Source: Bugula neritina (Eukaryota; Animalia; Bryozoa). Taken from it: a stretch of 64,000 nt of DNA. The notes under the pieces are model-generated. The model was not told where the DNA came from, did not search any database, and was given only the letters and a program-made list of their open reading frames with translations. The position numbers and the translations under genes are program-made. Below, one piece after another: positions 24,101 to 39,100 of this stretch (positions are counted from its first letter, which is position 1; each line of letters begins with the position of its first letter). The stretch covers positions 186,001 to 250,000 of the forward strand of contig CAXIUT010000126.1 of assembly GCA_964035545.1 (NCBI GenBank), read 5' to 3'.

Positions 24101-27100
24101 TGCAATATGTTACAGCGTATTTCGGTATGTTGCAGTGTGTTGCAGTGTAATTCAGTATATTACATTGTATTTCAGTGTGTTGCAGTTCATTTCAATATGT
24201 AGCAGGGTATTTCAGTATAGTGCAGTGTATTTCAGTATGCTACAGCATATTTCAGTATGTTGCAGTATATTGCAATGTGTCGCAGTATATTTCAGTATGT
24301 TGCAGTACGTTGCAGTATGTTTCAATATGTTACGGTGTATTTCAGTATGTTGCAGTATATTTCAGTGAGTTGCAGTGTATTTCAGTGTGCTACAGCATAT
24401 TTCAGTATGTTACAGTATATTGCAATCTGTCGCAGTATATTTCAGTTTGTTGCAGTGTTTTTCAATGTGTTACAGTATATTTCATTAGTTTACCATATAT
24501 TTCGGTATGTTGCAGTATATTTCAATGTGTTGCAGTGTATTTCAATATGTTACAGTGTATTTCAGCATGTTGTAGTTTTTTGCAGAATATTTCAGTGTGT
24601 TGCAGTGTACTTTAGTATTTTGCAGTATTTTTCAATGTGTTACAGTATATTTCGGTATACTACCGTATATTTAGGTATGCTTCAGTATATTTCAATCTGT
24701 TGCAGTGTATTTCAATATGTTGTAGTATGTTGCAGTGTATTTCAGTATGTTACAGTGTATTTCAGTATGTTGCAGTATATTTCAGTATGTTACAGTGTAT
24801 TTCAGTATGTTGCAGTATATTTCAGTGTGTTACAGTGTATTTCAGTATGTTGTAGTATATTTCAGTGTGTTACAGTATGTTTCAGTATGTTGCAGTATTT
24901 TTGAATGTGTTGCAGTGTATTTCAATATGTTACAGCGTATTTCAGTATGTTGCAGTGTATTTCAGTATGTAGCAGGGTATTTCAGTATGTTGCAGTGCAT
25001 TTCAGTATGCTACAGCATATTTCAGTATGTTGCAGTATATTGCAATGTGTCTCAGTATATTTCAGTATGTTGCTGTATATTTCAATGTGTTACAGTATAT
25101 TTCAGTAGTTTACCATACATTTCGGTACGTTGCAGTATATTTCAATGTGTTGCAGTGTATTTCAATATGTTACAGTGTATTTCAGTATGTTGTAGTATTT
25201 TGCCGCGTATTTCAGTATGTTGCAGTATCTTGCAGTGTATTTCAGTATGTTGCAGTATTTTTCAATGTGTTACCGTTTATTTCAGTATATTACCATATAT
25301 TTAGGTATGTTGCAGTATATTTCAATGTGTTGCAGTGTATTTCAATATGTTCTAGTAATTTGTGGTGTATTTCAGTATGTTACAGTGTATTTCATTATGT
25401 TGCAGTATGTTTCAATATGTTACAGTGTATTTCAGTATTTTGCAGTATATTTCAGTGAGTTGCAGTGTATTTCAGTGTGCTACAGCATATTTCAGTATGT
25501 TGCAGTATATTGCAATGTGTCGCAGTATGTTGCAGTATTTTTCAATGTGTTACCGTATATTTCAGTATATTACCATATATTTAGGTATGTTGCAGTATAT
25601 TTCAATGTGTTGCAGTGTATTTCAATATGTTCTAGTAATTTGTGGTGTATTTCAGTATGTTACAGTGTATTTCAGTATGTTGCAGTATGTTTCAATATGT
25701 TACAGTGTATTTCAGTATTTTGCAGTATATTTCAGTGAGTTGCAGTGTATTTCAGTGTGCTACAGCATATTTCAGTATGTTGCAAAATATTGCAATGTGT
25801 CGCAGTATGTTGCAGTATTTTTCAATGTGTTACCGTATATTTCAGTATATTACCATATATTTAGGTATGTTGCAGTATATTTCAATGTGTTGCAGTGTAT
25901 TTCAATATGTTACAGTGTATTTGAGCATGTTGTAGTATTTTGCAGTGTATTTCAGTATGTTACAGTGTATTTCAGTATGTTGCAGTATGTTTCAATATGT
26001 TACAGTGTATTTCAGTATTTTGCAGTATATTTCAGTGAGTTGCAGTGTATTTCAGTGTGCTACAGCATATTTCAGTATGTTGCAAAATATTGCTATCTGT
26101 CGCAGTATGTTGCAGTATTTTTCAATGTGTTACCGTATATTTCAGTATATTACCATATATTTAGGTATGTTGCAGTATATTTCAATGTGTTGCAGTGTAT
26201 TTCAATATGTTACAGTGTATTTGAGCATGTTGTAGTATTTTGCAGTGTATTTCAGTATGTTACAGTGTATTTCAGTATGTTGCAGTATGTTTCAATATGT
26301 TACAGTGTATTTCAGTATTTTGCAGTATATTTCAGTGAGTTGCAGTGTATTTCAGTGTGCTACAGCATATTTCAGTATGTTACAGTATATTGCAATGTGT
26401 CGCAGTGTATTTCAGTATGTTGCAGTATTTTTCAAGGTGTTACAGTATATTTCAGTAGTTTACCATATATTTCGGTATGTTGCAGTATATTTCAATGTGT
26501 TGCAGTGTATATCAATATGTTACAGTGTATTTGAGCATGTTGTAGTATTTTGCAGTGTATTTCAGTGTGTTGCAGTGTATTTCAGTATTTTGCAGTATTT
26601 TTCAATGTGTTACAGTGTATTTCAATTTGTTCCAGTGTATGTCAGTATAATGCAGTATGTTGCAGTGTGTTTCAGTATGTTACAGTGTATTTCAGTATGT
26701 TGCAGTATCTTGCAGTACATTTCAGTATGTTTTAGTATGTAGTAGTGTATTTCAGTATGTTGCAGTATATTTCAGTATGTTGCAGTATATTTCAGTGTGT
26801 TACTGTTTTTTCCAGTATGTTACAACACATTTCCGTATATTAAACTATATTTCAGCGAGTTACAGTATATTTCAATGTGTTGCAGTGTATATCAATATGT
26901 TACAGTGTATTTGAGCATGTTGTAGTATTTTGCAGTGTATTTCAGTATTTTGCAGTATTTTTCAATGTGTTACAGTGTATTTCGGTATATTACCGTATAT
27001 TTAGGTATGTCGCAGTATATTTCAGTATGTTGCTGTATGTTTCAGTGTATTGCAGTATATTTCATTGAGTTGCAGTGTATTTCAATTTGTTCCAGTGTAT

Positions 27101-30100
27101 GTCAGTATAATGCAGTATGTTGCAGTGTGTTTCAGTATGTTACAGTGTATTTCAGTATGTTGCAGTATCTTGCAGTACATTTCAGTATGTTTTAGTATGT
27201 AGCAGTGTATTTCAGTATGTAGCAGTATATTTCAGTATGTTGCAGTATATTTCAGTGTGTTACTGTTTTTTCCAGTATGTTACAACACATTTCCGTATAT
27301 TAAACTATATTTCAGCGAGTTACAGTATATTTCAATGTGTTGCAGTGTATTGCAATATGTTACAGCGTATTTCGGTATGTTGCAGTGTGTTGCAGTGTAA
27401 TTCAGTATATTACATTGTATTTCAGTGTGTTGCAGTTCATTTCAATATGTAGCAGGGTATTTCAGTATAGTGCAGTGTATTTCAGTATGCTACAGCATAT
27501 TTCAGTATGTTGCAGTATATTGCAATGTGTCGCAGTATATTTCAGTATGTTGCAGTACGTTGCAGTATGTTTCAATATGTTACGGTGTATTTCAGTATGT
27601 TGCAGTATATTTCAGTGAGTTGCAGTGTATTTCAGTGTGCTACAGCATATTTCAGTATGTTACAGTATATTGCAATCTGTCGCAGTATATTTCAGTTTGT
27701 TGCAGTGTTTTTCAATGTGTTACAGTATATTTCATTAGTTTACCATATATTTCGGTATGTTGCAGTATATTTCAATGTGTTGCAGTGTATTTCAATATGT
27801 TACAGTGTATTTCAGCATGTTGTAGTTTTTTGCAGAATATTTCAGTGTGTTGCAGTGTACTTTAGTATTTTGCAGTATTTTTCAATGTGTTACAGTATAT
27901 TTCGGTATATTACCGTATATTTAGGTATGCTTCAGTATATTTCAATCTGTTGCAGTGTATTTCAATATGTTGTAGTATGTTGCAGTGTATTTCAGTATGT
28001 TACAGTGTATTTCAGTATGTTGCAGTATATTTCAGTATGTTACAGTGTATTTCAGTATGTTGCAGTATATTTCAGTGTGTTACAGTGTATTTCAGTATGT
28101 TGTAGTATATTTCAGTGTGTTACAGTATGTTTCAGTATCTTGCAGTATTTTTCAATGTGTTGCAGTGTATTTCAATATGTTACAGCGTATTTCAGTATGT
28201 TGCAGTGTATTTCAGTATGTAGCAGGGTATTTCAGTATGTTGCAGTGCATTTCAGTATGCTACAGCATATTTCAGTATGTTGCAGTATATTGCAATGTGT
28301 CTCAGTATATTTCAGTATGTTGCTGTATATTTCAATGTGTTACAGTATATTTCAGTAGTTTACCATACATTTCGGTACGTTGCAGTATATTTCAATGTGT
28401 TGCAGTGTATTTCAATATGTTACAGTGTATTTCAGTATGTTGTAGTATTTTGCCGCGTATTTCAGTATGTTGCAGTATCTTGCAGTGTATTTCAGTATGT
28501 TGCAGTATTTTTCAATGTGTTACCGTTTATTTCAGTATATTACCATATATTTAGGTATGTTGCAGTATATTTCAATGTGTTGCAGTGTATTTCAATATGT
28601 TCTAGTAATTTGTGGTGTATTTCAGTATGTTACAGTGTATTTCATTATGTTGCAGTATGTTTCAATATGTTACAGTGTATTTCAGTATTTTGCAGTATAT
28701 TTCAGTGAGTTGCAGTGTATTTCAGTGTGCTACAGCATATTTCAGTATGTTGCAGTATATTGCAATGTGTCGCAGTATGTTGCAGTATTTTTCAATGTGT
28801 TACCGTATATTTCAGTATATTACCATATATTTAGGTATGTTGCAGTATATTTCAATGTGTTGCAGTGTATTTCAATATGTTCTAGTAATTTGTGGTGTAT
28901 TTCAGTATGTTACAGTGTATTTCAGTATGTTGCAGTATGTTTCAATATGTTACAGTGTATTTCAGTATTTTGCAGTATATTTCAGTGAGTTGCAGTGTAT
29001 TTCAGTGTGCTACAGCATATTTCAGTATGTTGCAAAATATTGCAATGTGTCGCAGTATGTTGCAGTATTTTTCAATGTGTTACCGTATATTTCAGTATAT
29101 TACCATATATTTAGGTATGTTGCAGTATATTTCAATGTGTTGCAGTGTATTTCAATATGTTACAGTGTATTTGAGCATGTTGTAGTATTTTGCAGTGTAT
29201 TTCAGTATGTTACAGTGTATTTCAGTATGTTGCAGTATGTTTCAATATGTTACAGTGTATTTCAGTATTTTGCAGTATATTTCAGTGAGTTGCAGTGTAT
29301 TTCAGTGTGCTACAGCATACTTCAGTATGTTACAGTATATTGCAATGTGTCGCAGTGTATTTCAGTATGTTGCAGTATTTTTCAAGGTGTTACAGTATAT
29401 TTCAGTAGTTTACCATATATTTCGGTATGTTGCAGTATATTTCAATGTGTTGCAGTGTATATCAATATGTTACAGTGTATTTGAGCATGTTGTAGTATTT
29501 TGCAGTGTATTTCAGTGTGTTGCAGTGTATTTCAGTATTTTGCAGTATTTTTCAATGTGTTACAGTGTATTTCGGTATATTACCGTATATTTAGGTATGT
29601 CGCAGTATATTTCAGTATGTTGCCGTATGTTTCAGTGTGTTGCAGTATATTTCATTTAGTTGCAGTGTATTTCAATTTGTTCCAGTGTATGTCAGTATAA
29701 TGCAGTATGTTGCAGTGTGTTTCAGTATGTTACAGTGTATTTCAGTATGTTGCAGTATCTTGCAGTACATTTCAGTATGTTTTAGTATGTAGCAGTGTAT
29801 TTCAGTATGTTGCAGTATATTTCAGTATGTTGCAGTATATTTCAGTGTGTTACTGTTTTTTCCAGTATGTTACAACACATTTCCGTATATTAAACTATAT
29901 TTCAGCGAGTTACAGTATATTTCAATGTGTTGCAGTGTATATCAATATGTTACAGTGTATTTGAGCATGTTGTAGTGTTTTGCGGCGTATTTCAGTATGT
30001 TGCAGTATCTTGCAGTATATTTCAGCATGTTGCAGTTATTTTCAATGTGTTACAGTATGTTTCAGTATATTACCATATATTTAGGTATGTTGCAGCATAT

Positions 30101-33100
30101 TTCAATGTGTTGCAGTGTATTTCAATATGTTCTAGTGTTTTCCAGTGTATTTCAGTTTGTTACAGTGTATTTCAGTATGTTGCAGTATGTTGCAGTATGT
30201 TTCAATATGTTACAGTGTATTTCAGCATGTTGCAGTATATTTCAGTGAGTTGCAGTGTATTTCAGTGTGCTACAGCATATTTCAGTATGTTACAGTATAT
30301 TGCAATGTGTCGCAGTATATTTCAGTATGTTGCAGTATTTTTCAATGTGTTACAGTATATTTCATTAGTTTACCATATATTTCGGTGTGTTGCAGTATAT
30401 TTCAATGTGTTGCAGTGTATTTCAATATGTTACAGTGTATTTCAGCATGTTGTAGTTTTTTGCGGAATATTTCAGTGTGTTGCAGTGTACTTTAGTATTT
30501 TGCAGTATTTTTCAATGTGTTACAGTATATTTCGGTATATTACCGTATATTTAGGTATGCTTCAGTATATTTCAATCTGTTGCAGTGTATTTCAATATGT
30601 TGTAGTATGTTGCAGTGTATTTCAGTATGTTACAGTGTATTTCAGTATGTTGCAGTATATTTCAGTATGTAACAGTGTATTTCAGTATGTTGCAGTATAT
30701 TTCAGTGTGTTACAGTGTATTTCAGTATGTTGTAGTATATTTCAGTGTGTTACAGTATGTTTCAGTATGTTGCAGTATTTTTCAATGTGTTGCAGTGTAT
30801 TTCAATATGTTACAGCGTATTTCAGTATGTTGCAGTGTATTTCAGTATGTAGCAGGGTATTTCAGTATGTTGCAGTGCATTTCAGTATGCTACAGCATAT
30901 TTCAGTATGTTGCAGTATATTGCAATGTGTCTCAGTATATTTCAGTATGTTGCTGTATATTTCAATGTGTTACAGTATATTTCAGTAGTTTACCATACAT
31001 TTCGGTACGTTGCAGTATATTTCAATGTGTTGCAGTGTATTTCAATATGTTACAGTGTATTTCAGTATGTTGTAGTATTTTGCCGCGTATTTCAGTATGT
31101 TGCAGTATCTTGCAGTGTATTTCAGTATGTTGCAGTATTTTTCAATGTGTTACCGTTTATTTCAGTATATTACCATATATTTAGGTATGTTGCAGTATAT
31201 TTCAATGTGTTGCAGTGTATTTCAATATGTTCTAGTAATTTGTGGTGTATTTCAGTATGTTACAGTGTATTTCATTATGTTGCAGTATGTTTCAATATGT
31301 TACAGTGTATTTCAGTATTTTGCAGTATATTTCAGTGAGTTGCAGTGTATTTCAGTGTGCTACAGCATATTTCAGTATGTTGCAGTATATTGCAATGTGT
31401 CGCAGTATGTTGCAGTATTTTTCAATGTGTTACCGTATATTTCAGTATATTACCATATATTTAGGTATGTTGCAGTATATTTCAATGTGTTGCAGTGTAT
31501 TTCAATATGTTCTAGTAATTTGTGGTGTATTTCAGTATGTTACAGTGTATTTCAGTATGTTGCAGTATGTTTCAATATGTTACAGTGTATTTCAGTATTT
31601 TGCAGTATATTTCAGTGAGTTGCAGTGTATTTCAGTGTGCTACAGCATATTTCAGTATGTTGCAAAATATTGCAATGTGTCGCAGTATGTTGCAGTATTT
31701 TTCAATGTGTTACCGTATATTTCAGTATATTACCATATATTTAGGTATGTTGCAGTATATTTCAATGTGTTGCAGTGTATTTCAATATGTTACAGTGTAT
31801 TTGAGCATGTTGTAGTATTTTGCAGTGTATTTCAGTATGTTACAGTGTATTTCAGTATGTTGCAGTATGTTTCAATATGTTACAGTGTAATTCAGTATTT
31901 TGCAGTATATTTCAGTGAGTTGCAGTGTATTTCAGTGTGCTACAGCATACTTCAGTATGTTACAGTATATTGCAATGTGTCGCAGTGTATTTCAGTATGT
32001 TGCAGTATTTTTCAAGGTGTTACAGTATATTTCAGTAGTTTACCATATATTTCGGTATGTTGCAGTATATTTCAATGTGTTGCAGTGTATATCAATATGT
32101 TACAGTGTATTTGAGCATGTTGTAGTATTTTGCAGTGTATTTCAGTGTGTTGCAGTGTATTTCAGTATTTTGCAGTATTTTTCAATGTGTTACAGTGTAT
32201 TTCGGTATATTACCGTATATTTAAGTATGTCGCAGTATACTTCAGTATGTTGCCGTATGTTTCAGTGTGTTGCAGTATATTTCATTTAGTTGCAGTGTAT
32301 TTCAATTTGTTCCAGTGTATGTCAGTATAATGCAGTATGTTGCAGTGTGTTTCAGTATGTTACAGTGTATTTCAGTATGTTGCAGTATCTTGCAGTACAT
32401 TTCAGTATGTTTTAGTATGTAGCAGTGTATTTCAGTATGTTGCAGTATATTTCAGTATGTTGCAGTATATTTCAGTGTGTTACTGTTTTTTCCAGTATGT
32501 TACAACACATTTCCGTATATTAAACTATATTTCAGCGAGTTACAGTATATTTCAATGTGTTGCAGTGTATTGCAATATGTTACAGCGTATTTCGGTATGT
32601 TGCAGTGTGTTGCAGTGTAATTCAGTATATTACATTGTATTTCAGTGTGTTGCAGTTCATTTCAATATGTAGCAGGGTATTTCAGTATAGTGCAGTGTAT
32701 TTCAGTATGCTACAGCATATTTCAGTATGTTGCAGTATATTGCAATGTGTCGCAGTATATTTCAGTATGTTGCAGTACGTTGCAGTATGTTTCAATATGT
32801 TACGGTGTATTTCAGCATGTTGCAGTATATTTCAGTGAGTTGCAGTGTATTTCAGTGTGCTACAGCATATTTCAGTATGTTACAGTATATTGCAATGTGT
32901 CGCAGTATATTTCAGTATGTTGCAGTATTTTTCAATGTGTTACAGTATATTTCATTAGTTTACCATATACGTCGGTGTGTTGCAGTATATTTCAATGTGT
33001 TGCAGTGTATTTCAATATGTTACAGTGTATTTCAGCATGTTGTAGTTTTTTGCAGAATATTTCAGTGTGTTGCAGTGTACTTTAGTATTTTGCAGTATTT

Positions 33101-36100
33101 TTCATTGTGTTACAGTATATTTCGGTATATTACCGTATATTTAGGTATGTTTCAGTATATTTCAATCTGTTGCAGTGTATTTCAATATGTTGTAGTATGT
33201 TGCAGTGTATTTCAGTATGTTACAGTGTATTTCAGTATGTTGCAGTATATTTCAGTATGTTACAGTGTATTTCAGTATGTTGCAGTATATTTCAGTGTGT
33301 TACAGTGTATTTCAGTATGTTGTAGTATATTTCAGTGTGTTACAGTATATTTCAGTATGTTGCAGTATTTTTCAATGTGTTGCAGTGTATTTCAATATGT
33401 TACAGCGTATTTCAGTATGTTGCAGTGTATTTCAGTATGTAGCAGGGTATTTCAGTATGTTGCAGTGCATTTCAGTATGCTACAGCATATTTCTGTATGT
33501 TGCAGTATATTGCAATGTGTCGCAGTATATTTCAGTATGTTGCTGTATATTTCAATGTGTTACAGTATATTTCAGTAGTTTACCATACATTTCGGTACGT
33601 TGCAGTATATTTCAATGTGTTGCAGTGTATTTCAATATGTTACAGTGTATTTCAGTATGTTGTAGTATTTTGCCGCGTATTTCAGTATGTTGCAGTATCT
33701 TGCAGTGTATTTCAGTATGTTGCAGTATTTTTCAATGTGTTACCGTATATTTCAGTATATTACCATATATTTAGGTATGTTGCAGTATATTTCAATGTGT
33801 TGCAGTGTATTTCAATATGTTCTAGTAATTTGTGGTGTATTTCAGTATGTTACAGTGTATTTCAGTATGTTGCAGTATGTTTCAATATGTTACAGTGTAT
33901 TTCAGTATTTTGCAGTATATTTCAGTGAGTTGCAGTGTATTTCAGTGTGCTACAGCATATTTCAGTATGTTGCAAAATATTGCAATGTGTCGCAGTATGT
34001 TGCAGTATTTTTCAATGTGTTACAGTATATTTCAGTAGTTTACCATATATTTCGGTATGTTGCAGTATATTTCAATGTGTTGCAGTGTATATCAATATGT
34101 TACAGTGTATTTGAGCATGTTGTAGTATTTTGCAGTGTATTTCAGAATGTTACAGTGTATTTCAGTATGTTGCAGTATGTTTCAATATGTTACAGTGTAT
34201 TTCAGTATTTTGCAGTATATTCTAGTGAGTTGCAGTGTATTTCAGTGTGCTACAGCATATTTCAGTATGTTACAGTATATTGCAATGTGTCGCAGTGTAT
34301 TTCAGTATGTTGCAGTATTTTTCAAGGTGTTACAGTATATTTCAGTAGTTTACCATATATTTCGGTATGTTGCAGTATATTTCAATGTGTTGCAGTGTAT
34401 ATCAATATGTTACAGTGTATTTGAGCATGTTGTAGTATTTTGCAGTGTATTTCAGTGTGTTGCAGTGTATTTCAGTATTTTGCAGTATTTTTCAATGTGT
34501 TACAGTGTATTTCGGTATATTACCGTATATTTAAGTATGTCGCAGTATACTTCAGTATGTTGCCGTATGTTTCAGTGTGTTGCAGTATATTTCATTTAGT
34601 TGCAGTGTATTTCAATTTGTTCCAGTGTATGTCAGTATAATGCAGTATGTTGCAGTGTGTTTCAGTATGTTACAGTGTATTTCAGTATGTTGCAGTATCT
34701 TGCAGTACATTTCAGTATGTTTTAGTATGTAGCAGTGTATTTCAGTATGTTGCAGTATATTTCAGTATGTTGCAGTATATTTCAGTGTGTTACTGTTTTT
34801 TCCAGTATGTTACAACACATTTCCGTATATTAAACTATATTTCAGCGAGTTACAGTATATTTCAATGTGTTGCAGTGTATTGCAATATGTTACAGCGTAT
34901 TTCGGTATGTTGCAGTGTGTTGCAGTGTAATTCAGTATATTACATTGTATTTCAGTGTGTTGCAGTTCATTTCAATATGTAGCAGGGTATTTCAGTATAG
35001 TGCAGTGTATTTCAGTATGCTACAGCATATTTCAGTATGTTGCAGTATATTGCAATGTGTCGCAGTATATTTCAGTATGTTGCAGTACGTTGCAGTATGT
35101 TTCAATATGTTACGGTGTATTTCAGCATGTTGCAGTATATTTCAGTGAGTTGCAGTGTATTTCAGTGTGCTACAGCATATTTCAGTATGTTACAGTATAT
35201 TGCAATGTGTCGCAGTATATTTCAGTATGTTGCAGTATTTTTCAATGTGTTACAGTATATTTCATTAGTTCACCATCTACTTCGGTGTGTTGCAGTATAT
35301 TTCAATGTGTTGCAGTGTATTTCAATATGTTACAGTGTATTTCAGCATGTTGTAGTTTTTTGCAGAATATTTCAGTGTGTTGCAGTGTACTTTAGTATTT
35401 TGCAGTATTTTTCAATGTGTTACAGTATATTTTGGTATATTACCGTATATTTAGGTATGTTTCAGTATATTTCAATCTGTTGCAGTGTATTTCAATATGT
35501 TGTAGTATGTTGCAGTGTATTTCAGTATGTTACAGTGTATTTCAGTATGTTGCAGTATATTTCAGTATGTTACAGTGTATTTCAGTATGTTGCAGTATAT
35601 TTCAGTGTGTTACAGTGTATTTCAGTATGTTGTAGTATATTTCAGTGTGTTACAGTATATTTCAGTATGTTGCAGTATTTTTCAATGTGTTGCAGTGTAT
35701 TTCAATATGTTACAGCGTATTTCAGTATGTTGCAGTGTATTTCAGTATGTAGCAGGGTATTTCAGTATGTTGCAGTGCATTTCAGTATGCTACAGCATAT
35801 TTCAGTATGTTGCAGTATATTGCAATGTGTCGCAGTATATTTCAGTATGTTGCTGTATATTTCAATGTGTTACAGTATATTTCAGTAGTTTATCATACAT
35901 TTCGGTACGTTGCAGTATATTTCAATGTGTTGCAGTGTATTTCAATATGTTACAGTGTATTTCAGTATGTTGTAGTATTTTGCCGCGTATTTCAGTATGT
36001 TGCAGTATCTTGCAGTGTATTTCAGTATGTTGCAGTATTTTTCAATGTGTTACCGTATATTTCAGTATATTACCATATATTTAGGTATGTTGCAGTATAT

Positions 36101-39100
36101 TTCAATGTGTTGCAGTGTATTTCAATATGTTCTAGTAATTTGTGGTGTATTTCAGTATGTTACAGTGTATTTCAGTATGTTGCAGTATGTTTCAATATGT
36201 TACAGTATATTTCAGTATTTTGCAGTATATTTCAGTGAGTTGCAGTGTATTTCAGTGTGCTACAGCATATTTCAGTATGTTGCAAAATATTGCAATGTGT
36301 CGCAGTATGTTGCAGTATTTTTCAATGTGTTACCGTATATTTCAGTATATTACCATATATTTAGGTATGTTGCAGTATATTTCAATGTGTTGCAGTGTAT
36401 TTCAATATGTTCTAGTTATTTGTGGTGTATTTCAGTATGTTACAGTGTATTTCAGCATGTTGCAGTATGTTTCAATATGTTACAGTGTATTTCAGTATTT
36501 TGCAGTATATTTCAGTGAGTTGCAGTGTATTTCAGTGTGCTACAGCATATTTCAGTATGTTGCAGTATATTGCAATGTGTCGCAGTATGTTGCAGTATTT
36601 TTCAATGTGTTACAGTATATTTCAGTAGTTTACCATATATTTCGGTATGTTGCAGTATATTTCAATGTGTTGCAGTGTATATCAATATGTTACAGTGTAT
36701 TTGAGCATGTTGTAGTATTTTGCAGTGTATTTCAGTATGTTACAGTGTATTTCAGTATGTTGCAGTATGTTTCAATATGTTACAGTGTATTTCAGTATTT
36801 TGCAGTATATTTCAGTGAGTTGCAGTGTATTTCAGTGTGCTACAGCATATTTCAGTATGTTGCAGTATATTGCAATGTGTCGCAGTGTATTTCAGTATGT
36901 TGCAGTATTTTTCAATGTGTTACAGTGTATTTCGGTATATTACCGTATATTTAGGTATGTCGCAGTATATTTCAGTATGTTGCTGTATGTTTCAGTGTGT
37001 TGCAGTATATTTCATTGAGTTGCAGTGTATTTCAATTTGTTCCAGTGTATGTCAGTATAATGCAGTATGTTGCAGTGTGTTTCAGTATGTTACAGTGTAT
37101 TTCAGTATGTTGCAGTATCTTGCAGTACATTTCAGTATGTTTTAGTATGTAGCAGTGTATTTCAGTATGTTGCAGTATATTTCAGTATGTTGCAGTATAT
37201 TTCAGTGTGTTACTGTTTTTTCCAGTATGTTACAACACATTTCCGTATATTAAACTATATTTCAGCGAGTTACAGTATATTTCAATGTGTTGCAGTGTAT
37301 TGCAATATGTTACAGCGTATTTCGGTATGTTGCAGTGTGTTGCAGTGTAATTCAGTATATTACATTGTATTTCAGTGTGTTGCAGTTCATTTCAATATGT
37401 AGCAGGGTATTTCAGTATAGTGCAGTGTATTTCAGTATGCTACAGCATATTTCAGTATGTTGCAGTATATTGCAATGTGTCGCAGTATATTTCAGTATGT
37501 TGCAGTACGTTGCAGTATGTTTCAATATGTTACGGTGTATTTCAGTATGTTGCAGTATATTTCAGTGAGTTGCAGTGTATTTCAGTGTGCTACAGCATAT
37601 TTCAGTATGTTACAGTATATTGCAATCTGTCGCAGTATATTTCAGTTTGTTGCAGTGTTTTTCAATGTGTTACAGTATATTTCATTAGTTTACCATATAT
37701 TTCGGTATGTTGCAGTATATTTCAATGTGTTGCAGTGTATTTCAGCATGTTGTAGTTTTTTGCAGTGTATTTCAGTATGTTACAGTGTATTTCAGTATGT
37801 TGCAGTATATTTCAGTATGTTACAGTGTATTTCAGTATGTTGCAGTATATTTCAGTGTGTTACAGTGTATTTAGGTATGTTGTAGTATATTTCAGTGTGT
37901 TACAGTATACTTCAGTATGTTGCAGTATTTTTCAATGTGTTAAAGTGTATTTCAGTAGTTTACCATATATTTCGGTATGTAGCAGTATATTTCAATGTGT
38001 TGCAGTGTATTTCAATATGTTACAGTGTTTTTCAGTATGTTGCAGTATGTTGCAGTATATTTCAGTGAGTTACAGTGTATTTCAGTATGTTGCAGTGTAT
38101 TTCAGTGTGTTACAGTTTACTCCAGTATGTTACAGTACATTTCCGTATAATACACTATATTTCAGCGACTTGCAGTATATTTCAATGTGTTGCAGTGTAT
38201 TTCAATATGTTACAGCATATTCCAGTATGTTGCAGTATGTTGCAGTGTAGTTCAGTATATTACATTGTATTTCAGTATGTTGCAGTTTATTTCAGTATGT
38301 AGCAGGGTATTTCAGTATGTTGCAGTGCATTTCAGTATGCTACAGCATATTTCAGTATGTTGCAGTATATCGCAATGTGTCGCAGTATATTTCAGTATGT
38401 TGCTGTATATTTCAATGTGTTACAGTGTTTTTCAGTATATTACCATATATTTAGATATGTTGCAGTATGTTTCAATGTGTTGCAGTGTATTTCAGTATGT
38501 AGCAGTGTATTTCAGTATGTTGCAGTGTGTTGCAGTGTAATTCAGTATATTACATTGTATTTCAGTGTGTTGCAGTTCATTTCAGTATGTAGCAGGGTAT
38601 TTCAGTATAGTGCAGTATATTTCAGTATGCTGCAGTATATTTCAGTGTGTTACTGTTTTTTCCAGTATGTTACAACACATTTCCGTATATTACACTATAT
38701 TTCAGCGAGTTACAGTATATTTCAATGTGTTGCAGTGTATTTCAATATGTTACAGTGTATTTCAGCATGTTGTAGTTTTTTGCAGAATATTTCAGTGTGT
38801 TGCAGTGTACTTCAGTATTTTGCAGTATTTTTCAATGTGTTACAGTATATTTCGGTATATTACCGTATATTTAGGTATGTTTCAGTATATTTCAATCTGT
38901 TGCAGTGTATTTCAATATGTTGTAGTATGTTGCAGTGTATTTCAGTATGTTACAGTGTATTTCAGTATGTTGCAGTATATTTCAGTATGTTACAGTGTAT
39001 TTCAGTATGTTGCAGTATATTTCAGTGTGTTACAGTGTATTTCAGTATGTTGTAGTATATTTCAGTGTGTTACAGTATATTTCAGTATGTTGCAGTATTT

